Shown here: in pieces, positions 25,691-36,096 of the stretch | Position numbering within the stretch: position 1 is the first letter of the stretch | Layout: the number at the start of each line of letters is the position of its first letter | Assembly (NCBI GenBank): GCA_043228905.1 | Contig: JBHGNT010000015.1 | Location: 6,262,001 to 6,326,000 of the forward strand | Length of the DNA: 64,000 bases | Source: Azolla caroliniana | Taxonomy: Eukaryota; Plantae; Polypodiophyta | Direction of reading: 5' to 3' | Notes under the pieces: model-generated | What the model saw: only the letters and a program-made list of their open reading frames with translations | The model's database searches: none | What the model was told of the DNA's origin: nothing | Position numbers and translations under genes: made by a program

Positions 25691-26605
25691 AAGCATACGA
25701 GTGGACACACTATTATAGCTAATTAACTATTAAAATGGCCACAGCTAATTAGCTATTTGTTTAGCTAGTTTTTTGTGGGAAAATCATAAGGATGGTTTAC
25801 GAAATTTTATGTTTTATTAGTTAAATACATGTCATTTAATTGATGAGAATACTCAAATATTTGAACTTTGGTTTCAGACGTAGTGGAACATGGGGAATAG
25901 TGCCATCATCTAAGGTCGACTTGAATGTCATCAAATTCTTGATAATCCTGAGTTCGAGTTCGAACTCCAAACAGATGGAGTACTCTGAGCATGAACGCAG
26001 ACGAAGCCCTCGCAGCAGCACAAAAACTCTGAGATTGACATTGCACCTTCAGAGCTACAACACATGAGCTAGTCGATCCTCGTCCAAGTATGTATCAATT
26101 ACATATTAAAACAACTTTTTTTTCCCTTTCTGATAACTGTTTGTAACGTTGGTGCATGTTCATCTTTCCCAAAAATCGAATACGGCGAAGTCGTTGGAGT
26201 CCCAAACAAGGATGTCTCGAAGATCGGGGTGTAGCAGCAGGTGTGTTTCTGATTGATAGAATTTCGTAGTACAATTGATTTCTGCCTTTAGTGATGATTA
26301 GGGTTTGTGTTTCCCTTAAGTGGTTTAGGGTTTCTGATTACAAATTTCAGATTACAAGTTTCTGGTTACAAATTTCTAATTACAAATTTCTGATTATTGT
26401 TGCAATCTATTGTAATTTTGCACCAATTCTCATGACAAATTCTGATTAGGGTTTTTGATTTTTTAAGTGGTTGATTTCCGATACATGTTGAAAAGGACAG
26501 GTTACAAATTTCAGATTACTGTCTCAAAGTGTTGTAATTTTGCACCAAATTCACATTAAAAATTGAGTTTTCACACCAATTCTGATTATTGATTTTTTAT
26601 TTCAG

Positions 26606-27939
26606 GTGGCTTGTTCCTCCCTATCCTAGAGTGTTGAACTTCGCAAAATTTTGCGAGACAAATGAGGACTTTCACAACATATATGGTCCGTCGCTCGAGG
26701 GTATTGACCCTGCTATTCTAACAAATAGATTGATTAGTGATGTAGACTGGATGTCAATATATAAAGTGCTTAGAGTGAAAGGCAAGGTCAAGCTCAAGCA
26801 TGTACGATCGGACCTGTACAACGACTGCATGAGACTGCACCAAAAAGTACATCAAGAGATCCCGGTCAACAACGAGTTATCCGTTTCATTTGCTAGAGCT
26901 TTTGCATACGAGTATTGCAAAACAACGAAGGAATATCATGACCCTGAAATGTACAGGGTAGCTTAGGCAATTTATGGTGAGGCATCGGTAGAAAGATGTC
27001 TGAAGATGGGGAGCTTGCAACAAAAAATGGCAAGATTTTGGAGCATGGCAATTGATGATGCAATTGCCGACTCCCAACAAACCCGCAAGTATACGCCACA
27101 CCGACACACAATGAAAACCAATGTCGATGATACAGGTGAGACATTGATTAGCTATATGCTAAAAAATGTCCATAAAGCTTGTGAGACATTGGAGTTTTTT
27201 ACGACTGATTTAGAGAAAGCAACATTGGTTGCTGCGATGGAGAGCAAAGTCACTTTGGCAATTAGAACAATCAGAAATAAGATTAAGGTACCTATTGTTT
27301 TGCTAGTATGTAATATGTTATAAATAACTTGTACATGAAAATGTGCTACTAAGGCATTATCTGGAATAGGTTGCTCAACATGAACTTGAAATTGAGGGCT
27401 CGTTGGATCCCCAATGGAAAATTCTTTCAATGAACCTAGACCTTCTAGGTGTAAATACTATCGCTGATTACAATTTGGAAAAGTTACAAGTAAGATTCTT
27501 GTGTCTTGTTGTTGTATCTTCCTCATTAAGGAATAATTAATCGGTAAATTTCTCGGCTACGTTGAAGGAACAATACTCCCGTCAAGAACAGGTAGTTAGC
27601 TACCTTAAGAAGCAACTACATTTTGTGGAGGGGATGGTAAGGAGCAGACAAGAATTGGATCTGAACATTCTTGCTCCCTTACCAAATGAAGGAGAACCAG
27701 GAAACGATATATTGATTGTTCAAGCACGTTGCATCGCTTGTGTATTATGTGTAGAGGACAAATCTGCTACACTGTTGGTTCACCTACAACCATGCCAACA
27801 CACATACCATATCATTTGGTTTAAATATGCATGTCACATTGTTGCATTCTGTTTGGAGGATTATAGTACAACTCTCCCAGATGACTGGAGAAAACACACA
27901 GGTAAAATTGTTGCTTGTGACCATAGTGTAGCTAATTAG
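26606..27939 (+). pseudogene. Intron-containing accessory gene: unknown N-terminal domain, helical/coiled-coil part, degenerate C-terminal RING-like finger
   Basis: Acceptor TTTCAG at 26605; reading continues through a stop at 26966; CIAC...QPCQHTYHIIW...C...LPDDW has RING-like spacing with some Cys lost. Confidence 0.55.
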
Positions 27940-29226
27940 TTCCATCTTTGGTAATTAGGTAAGTTGTATAAAGTGTTGAAACTATTTAGCTATTATGGTT
28001 GTAGTGTAGTAGCTAATTACCTAACATGTAGTTAATTAGCTAAGTGGTAGCTAATTAGCTACTATCATAGTTTACTACAGTAGCTCTACTACCATAGTTT
28101 AGTACAGTAGCTAATTAGCTACTACCATAGTTTAGTACAGTAGCTAATTAGCTAAGTGGTAGCTAATTAGCTATTACCATACGTTAGTTGAGTAACTAAT
28201 TAGCTAAGTGGTAGCTAGTAAGCTACTACCATACATTAGTTGAGTAGCTAATTAGCTAAGTGGTAGCTAATTAGTTACTACCATAGTTTAATACAATAGG
28301 TAATTAGCTAAATGGTAGCTAATTAGCTACTACCATAGTTTAGTACAGTAGCTAATTAGCTACTACCATACTTTAGTTGAGTAGCTAATTAGCTACTACC
28401 ATAGTTTAATACAATAGCTAATTAGCTAAATGGTAGCTAATTAGCTACTACAAAAGTTTAGTACAATAATTAATTAGCTAAGTGGTAGCTAATTAGCTAC
28501 TACCACTTAGCTAATTAGCTACTACCATAGTTTAGTACAATAGCTAAATAGTTAAATGGTAGCTAATTAGCTACTACCATACTTTAGTTGAGTAGCTAAT
28601 TAGCTAAGTTGTAGTTAATTAGCTACCATTTAGCTAAGTTGTAGCTAATTAGCTACTACCAAAGTTTAGTACAGTAATTAATTAGCTACCATTTAGCTAA
28701 TTAGCTACTACCATTTAGCTAATTAGCTACTATCATAGTTTAGTACAATAGCTAAATAGTTAAATGGTAGCTAATTAGCTACTACCATACTTCAGCTGAG
28801 TAGTTAATTAGCTACTACCATACTTTAGTTGAGTAGCTAATTAGCTAAGTGTTAGCTAATTAGCTACTACCATACTTTAGTTATAGTGGCTAATTAGCTA
28901 CTAGTATACTTTAGCTGAGGTGCTAATTAGCTAACTGGTAGCTAATTAGCTACTACCATACTTCAACTAAGTAGCTAATTAGCTACTACCATACTTTAGC
29001 CAATTTTGGTAGCTAATTAGCTATTGTGGTAGCTAAATAGCTATGAATAGTAGCTAATTAGTTATTTTGGTAGCTATATAGCTATGTTCGATATACTTAA
29101 GGAGCTAATTAGCTATTTTGGTAGCTAATTAGCTATTACTGGTAGCTAGTTAGCTATGGGCATATTCTGAGGTAGGTAATTAGCTATTCGGGTATGGTCA
29201 TATTCAGAGGTAGCTAATAAGCTAAC
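27930..29226. repeat. ~1.3 kb array built on the 14-bp palindrome TAGCTAATTAGCTA
   Basis: Dozens of copies separated by short alternating spacers (AGTGG; CTACCATAGTTTAGTACAG; CTACCATACTTTAGTTGAG). Confidence 0.97.
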
Positions 29227-29273
29227 TAACTAAGCTCAAAAGTCAAAACAAATGTTGAGATAAATGTAAATAC

Positions 29274-29990
29274 CTGAAGTACATCAAGAAGATGAATGGG
29301 ATGGTCCTCGTATTGACTCCTTCCAACACGTTTCCTGCATAAATCCTTCTTATTGGGTGAAACCCTACTCTCATTAGTCCAAAATATTGTGATTATATCC
29401 TTGATTTCTGATATTATGGGTGTCATTGGCTTACATCTTGTTGTTAGCTTTAGCAGACTAGTTCCTTCACCTGAGGAAACTATTCGGTTCAATGTATTGT
29501 ACACACTTTTTCCACTAACACCAATTACCTTAGATAACACATTGATGTTAATATCGTCAACATTACTATTAAGTAACATCATTAGACTAGACCTTTTTAA
29601 GACAAGATCATCTTCTGACCTGCTCATGGATACAAAACTATTACGGAGTTTATTTACTAGTACGGATGTTATGTTTGCATTAAGACCATCACAATCAACT
29701 AACTCCTTTATCAATGGATCAGTTAATATTCCATAAAGTACTACCTTCTTGTCTTTATTGATGATGTGCTTGGTTTGAACATTAAAATAGTCTACAACCT
29801 TTCTCTATATGATAGTAGTCTCATTACTTCCATTCTTAGTGATATTTAGACCTATATCCCAACCAATACTATCTTAACCTTTATTGAGTGTGACTTTCGT
29901 ATCCTTCAACAATTGACGATGTTTTTTTTTTCTGCCCAATACTTTCGTATCGCTTGTTGTGTCCTGATAGCGTCATCCTTATCCTGATGA
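29274..29990 (-). pseudogene. N-terminal part of a second transposase-like gene (Sola2-like)
   Basis: HTH-like LSKVIGVSGKSVY then FWTNESRVSPNKKDLCRKR...HPIHLL, resembling the SR..P.KKD motif; ends at splice donor CAG|GTATTT. Confidence 0.5.
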
Positions 29991-30184
29991 TCATTGAGGG
30001 GTAATTCTAAACACCCTCCTTCCTCTTCCATTTGGATTGATGGGTTTAAACCCTAATTTTCTCGAAAAAAAGACATGTATTAAAGATGGCTATGGGCAAC
30101 AACAATACACAAAAATATTCCGCAATACACAAGATTATACACAAGATAATCAATAGACAGAATAGTTATTCAAATCCAAGACCA

Positions 30185-30760
30185 AACAATGGCGCTAATC
30201 CAGGGCTGAATAGTGGCGGCAATTGAGTGTAGAATGGTGGCAATGGAGTGAACTCCGTTTGATCGAACAGTTTTGACAATCCAGGATCGAACAATGGCGG
30301 CAACTGAGTGTAGAATGATGGCAATGGAGGAGTGAATTCCGTCGGATCGAACAGTGGCAGATGATGCTTGGAACGCACAGTGACGACAACTGAGAGTAGA
30401 ATGGTAGTAGTGGAGGAGTGAACTCCTTTGGATAAAAAAGTGGCAGCAATACACCACCGAATAGTAGCGGAAACTAAGTGTAGAATGATGACAATGGATG
30501 AGTGAACTCCGTAAAATCGAAAAGTGGCAACAATCCAAGACCGAACAGTAGTGGCAACTAAGTGTAGAATGATGGCAATGGAGGAGTGAACTCCGTCAGA
30601 TCGAACAGTGGCAGATGATGCTTGGAACGCATAGTGACGACAACTGAGAGTACAATGGCGACAGTGGAGGAGTGAACTCCCTCAGATTGAAAAGTGGCAG
30701 CAATACACGACCGAACAATAGCAACAACTAAGTGTAGAATGATGGCAATGGATGAGTAAC
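30185..30760 (-). repeat. Tandem repeat of ~84 bp, ~7 units, encoding a Pro-rich 28-aa unit on the minus strand
   Basis: Recurring CAACTGAGTGTAGAATGATGGCAATGGAGGAGTGAACTCC; translation EFTPPLPSFYTQLPPLFDPGL. Confidence 0.9.
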
Positions 30761-31129
30761 ATGTTTGCATTCACAAGTGGAAGGATCGCGCATAAATGGA
30801 AGGATAAGGAATATTTTGGTTGATTTTAGTACTTTTTCAATGATTTTACAAAACACATTGATACCAGTATCATACATGTTCAAATAAACTATGAAAAAGG
30901 TTAAAAATCCACTATTTTCGTGATTTAGAAATAAATAAATAAAGAGGAATTTCAAAAAGTTACATTCTCAATTTATATCACAAACTTTACAACCAATGTT
31001 ATTTTATAAGAAATGATTTTTTAGAAATCATAAGAATTCAAAACACATGCTTTTATATTACTTGATTTGTTACAAGCGGAATGTAGTTACACTTAATAGC
31101 CAAAATTACATTCATGATCACTACTATAA

Positions 31130-33878
31130 CTAATATACAATGACGATTCCTCCTCGTCATCCTCGGATGTACCAATCAGTGCATTATCTTCGTCATAAAC
31201 CAAATGGTTTGACTCTAGATTATATGTAGTAGATCTCGTTTGCCTTCAACTCGAGCCAACTTGTAGACCTGGTAAATTTTCTTTTATTATATCTATTGTT
31301 AACTTCCTTAATCGTCTGGCTTTTGTAAGCGTGAAGTCGTACATGATGATATCCACATAAGAGATATCAAGGGTCAAGGTGTTACAAATGTTTCGCTTCC
31401 TCTTCCTACCTCCCCTTGTCGTTGGGCATTCAATCATCTCCAATGTATACTTACCTGTAAAAGCATTTGCACTTCTAGTGTTGTACCAATGAACGTTTAT
31501 AGACTTGATCGTGTTTTCTATTTCATGCATTAGCACTTCTAGAATTTTACCAACCCAAAATTGGTGGCCATGTGAGTTCTCATCAGCCGGCGTTGCAATC
31601 AACATCCCTGCCGCGAGCTCTTGCGAATTGCCTTGCCATCTAGCTTCGGTTGCTTTGGTCATCCTTGGTCCCACATAAATGTCTCTTTGTTGTGGATGGA
31701 CCAAATTGTCATTAATCTCATTTGCTAGTTGCTCTGGAGTTTTATTTACACGATCATGTTGTAGCGACCATGTGAATGGCGTTTCCAAATTCCAATTATC
31801 ACCAAATACACAATTGTCTATAATTCCTTTCTGATCGCTAAAAAATACATCCCACCATGACATGTCTTGTTGTGCAGCATATTTCAGGGCGGCCTCAATA
31901 TGCTTTCTTTTTTCTTCTAACTAAGGCTTGGAGTCATAACCGTTTTTGTTCCGATACCAAGTCACTATGCAACTATTCTTTCTTCTCAATTGGCATTTGT
32001 TTAGCTCCATGGACAATTGTACTCAACATACAAAGTGATAATTGGCAACCACCTTCAGGTTCCCATGTTGTAGAAGATGATTATTGTTTAGCATACAAAA
32101 GTGTAGAACCACTTATTTCATTTTTCTTTATCATAAAAATGTGATTGAAGCTTATATTGTTTAACTTGGCGAGCACTTTAACATTCCCAACACCCCCATC
32201 TGATATATATCTCTTAAAGTCATATACCTCCTTCAAGTGTAACACTTTTGGGCGTGGTGTATATGCATCACAAATGACATCAAATAGTTTTGGTAATATG
32301 AAAGCATCATGCCGAGACAACTATCTAGAGAATGTACTAAGCATCTGATCTATATGATCATGTGTGTGGCCAACCAAAAGAAAATTGACTTTCACTTTTC
32401 TAAACAATCCTTGGTTGACCAACATACTTAGATAGCCAAACATAGTTGAATTTTTGTTCTCTCTAGTAGTATTGTCCAATTGAATGTATAGAACAGGGGG
32501 GAACGGTTGGCCCCAAGACATCAAAACTCGGTGAATCACTGTAACTGTTAGGTTCTAGGTTCATTGTGAACATTGGGGTATGTAATGAAGACGTGAGGTC
32601 CAACTGACCTATTATAAGCCAAGCATCCCACCAAGTGCATTTGAACAAGGCATTCATCATTGACGTCTTTGGGGACCCTCCGCATATGCGGCAAGCACAT
32701 CTTCTTCTGGTTCATGCCATCTATCATTAAGCACATGTATTGTTCAGGCCTCTTCAAACACTTCTCTCTATGATGCATCACCTTCTTTCGTTCTAACGAT
32801 TGTACCTCACGATGCTTCTGTAGTAACTTCTTACTCATATCCTTTTCCATTGATGTCTTTGCACCTTCAGCCAAACTTTTAAGATTTGCACAAATGGAGC
32901 AATACCCCATGCGTACTTTACGTGGAATGATAACATTTGAAAACCGAGCTCTCCATAATCTTGTGAATTGGCTATATGTGACAGATTTATTACGTGAGCC
33001 CACCATATCAGATCAATAGACATCATAAACTTCCCAACATGTGTAATTATCTGAGAGGTGCATCCTACCTGTAGTGGGCATTACTTCACAATTTAACTGA
33101 AAGTAACTTTTCACCCAAACTTTTCACCCAACAAATAGCATGTCTTCCAATTGCACCTTTCATACTTGGAACCTCTTTACACTTGAGCATTTGATCCCCG
33201 CTAAGTAGACGTTGTTGTACTTTATGTAGCCGCATGTTACTAACGCATAACGCAATTTTGAATGCAACTCTACATATTTGTTGCGCATGGAAGATATAAT
33301 ACTCGAATGATACTTTGATCCCCGTACATTTGTCAGACACTAGTTGCATATGTGACCCGAGGTAAGTGTCTTGCTCATCACCAGTCATCGAAAAATAGTA
33401 TCGCCTTAATTCTCGCAACTTTGATTTTCCAATCATAGACATACAACCACGGGCACAACATATTTTTTTGACATCAAATCCAATCTGCTTATCTGATGTC
33501 ACCAAGTTAAATCTAGCCAGACGAATTTTTCGTGGGATTCTTCTAATATGCATAGGGTTTCCAGATTTCTCTTCCTGCATAGAAGTTGGTGTAACCTTGT
33601 TATTATCTAATTCTTTGTTGTGACCATCGCCCATGATATTCGATGTTTCATTGGCACTACCTTCATTCTCCGTATCTTTATTAATATCGTATTCTTCAAT
33701 AGAGAACACTTCACATGTGTCATTATTCATTCACATGCGTTGTAGGTGAAGATGAGCTCAAACAATATTCTTCGATAGAAAATGGTGAGTCTGTCGACAG
33801 ACAATACTCTTCGGTAGAAAATAAAGAGTCTGATGACAAACAATATTCTTCAATCGAGAACGATGAGTCTTCACTCAT
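31130..33878 (-). pseudogene. Sola1-like DDD transposase, frameshifted
   Basis: CCARGC; ICRVAF...VSN.RL; CSIC; MIDGMNQ; YIQLDNTTRENKN; FLLVGHTHDHIDQ; acidic tail; N-terminal 13-aa repeats DSxFSxEEYCLS. Confidence 0.75.
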
Positions 33879-34411
33879 GGCTTAAGGTCCACACTGAGCT
33901 CTTTAAGTTATGTGCTTGGGCTAATATAAAAAACTGATAATCTCCTCTCTAAACATAAACTCCCTCAATATAATGTCTATATTATTTAATATTATATTAA
34001 CACAATAAATAAAGATATTATTTTTAATATAATAATTTTATTCAACATATAAATAATTACTTAAACTAGTTATTATAAAGTTGAATCAATTATATTTTAT
34101 ACCTTATTAATCCTATATAATATATAATTTAAATTAAATTAACTTTAGCCATGAAGTATAATATAATTACAATCATTACCAAGCCATATATATGTTGGTT
34201 TAAAGTTAAAATCATTGGTTAATTAATGGCACCCATATTTAATATAGAACTTCTCAATCATTGTTTCATTCATGCCCACCATTTTAAATAGGGAAAAGTA
34301 CAAGATACCCCTAGAAGTTCGTCTATTTACCAGAATGCCCCTAGAAGTTCCAAATTTACCAAACTACCCCTATGTCCAAAAAATTACACTTTATAAAGTA
34401 ATTATACACTC

Positions 34412-34974
34412 ATGCAAGTAATGGAGCTCGTGCAAGTCTTTCATTTCAAATCTGCCAGAGAGAAGTGTTTTGACCTTCTTAAATTCGGCGGGATCCTTTC
34501 CTCCGATGACCAAATCATCCACGTATAGGATGATGAAAATCGGGCTATCGGACTCGTTTCGAATGTACAGAGAATTATCCGATTTTGACATTCGAAATCC
34601 GATTTGATGAAGATATTGCGTGATCTTCGAATGCGATGCATGCGGTGGTTGTTTGAGGCCGTAGAGAGGCTTCTTGAATCGGCACACAACGTTTGGATGA
34701 TTACGCAATTCAAAACCTGGTGGTTGGATCATGTACACCTTTTCTAATTTGCCTTGAAGAAAGGCGTTCTTGACGTTCATCTGGTGGAAGTGCCACCCTT
34801 TTGCTGCCGTGATTGCAATCACGGTCTGCACAGTTGTCATCTTTGCCACGGGGGCAAATATCTCTTCGTAGCCAACTCCCTGCATTTGTGCATATCCTTT
34901 CACAACGAGCCGTGCTTTGAAACGATTTATGGAGCCGTCGGCATTGTCTTTCACTTTGTAAATCCATCGACAAT
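34412..34974 (-). mobile_element. Ty1/copia RT fragment
   Basis: CRWIYKVK...KARLVVKGYAQ...ILYVDDLVI...MKDL. Confidence 0.92.
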
Positions 34975-35333
34975 TGTTACTCGTAAGAGTTGTACGGGGC
35001 AATATAAGGGTAAAATACGTTGAAGGGGTTGTTCGGTATGTCTAATTTATATGAGTGCAAGGATGAGTATGTGTAAGCACATGCACAATTATGTGCATGT
35101 GACAAGAATGTAACGATCTCTTTTTGTAACAGACATATTATTACCGTTACATTATGTAGTATAAAACCCCCTTATGGGGGCACATAAAGAATATAGTTTT
35201 TTCCCCTCATTTTTGGCTTCACTCCCCACCCCAATAACACTTTTGGCACACCCTAACGGACGACCCCCTTGAGAGGAAGTCTATCCTCACTCTCCCTCTT
35301 CGTTAGATGTCTCGCTCTCTCTTTTTTATCGTA

Positions 35334-35406
35334 ATTAGCTTACCTTAGTGGGAAGTCGATAACACTACAAGCACAGTGTCTTGGGTTTGAAACCCAATTT
35401 CTTCAT
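35334..35406 (+). other. tRNA-like cassette
   Basis: A-box-like TACCTTAGTGG; perfect T-arm stem TTGGG-TTTGAAA-CCCAA. Confidence 0.5.
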
Positions 35407-35455
35407 CTCTCTATTATATACTTCATATATATCTCTATTTCACTAGATGCCACTG

Positions 35456-35525
35456 TGGAATGTAGAGGTTGAACCCATGACCACTTGGTCTCCATTGGGC
35501 AACCTTACCAATTGATCTACATCCA
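35456..35525 (-). other. tRNA-derived cassette homologous to 13081-13151
   Basis: rc TGGATGTAGATCAATTGGTAAGGTTGCCCAATGGAGACCAAGTGGTCATGGGTTCAACCTCTACATTCCA. Confidence 0.75.
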
Positions 35526-36096
35526 TTTGGGCTCTCTCTCTCTCTCTCTCTCTCTCTTTGCTCCTCTAAATTTGTGTTTGGTGCAAGTGAAGACATGGAT
35601 GGTGGGTGTGCCACGAGAGGAGTAGCTTCAATATCCCCCACCCATAACCCTTCCCTTAGAGAGGAACCGTCTCTCATAACCCTAACCCTATCATAACCCT
35701 AACCCTAAGCTTCCTGCTTGTTCTTCGATGTTCAACAGCTAGCACCAAGTTGTGATCAAGGAGCACAAGGTTTCCGTCCCAAATATGTGTGTTACTACTC
35801 CTCTTCAGAAATGATTTCGGATTCTACTTCTTCATTCACATCACGGCGAATGGTGGTCCTGACTTCTACTTATGCTTCAGCTTCGAATCCATTATTCATT
35901 AATGGTTTCTATAGAACTATGAGATAAGTCTATACTTTTCCTCACCATCAACGATTACCTAGTCTTATGATTTATACTCTCTAAACTTTCCATCTCCCTG
36001 TATGTCTTTTTGTAAGGCTGTCCAGCGATTGGTCTGCTAATGCAGAGTATGGATATAGCTCATCAGGCTACGGACATAGACATCCGACATCCTACA

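Larger units (their letters stand above)
25699..34411. mobile_element. Putative large Sola-superfamily DNA transposon (or Sola composite); ends tentative
   Basis: AT-rich block between PLE and copia fragments; contains a Sola-type transposase; ends GAGTG...CACTC flanked by ATAC/ATGC; the TAGCTAATTAGCTA motif occurs near the left end and in the internal array. Confidence 0.55.
34975..36096 (+). mobile_element. LTR-like segment carrying two tRNA-like cassettes, (CT)n and TAACCC repeats
   Basis: Begins TGTTAC, interrupting copia RT; ends ...CTACA; TATAAAA at 35160; no matching TSD found. Confidence 0.45.

Noticed and set aside
25680-25692. 13-bp TATAAGGGTAAAA also at ~35003 as a possible TSD
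   Set aside because: The second copy is inside a different LTR-like segment and does not coincide with an element boundary; probably chance.
30185-30760. CRISPR-like repeat/spacer array
   Set aside because: Variable parts are homologous to each other, the unit length is a codon multiple, there are no cas genes and the context is eukaryotic.
35677-35708. Interstitial telomere
   Set aside because: Only a few TAACCC units, not a TTTAGGG array.
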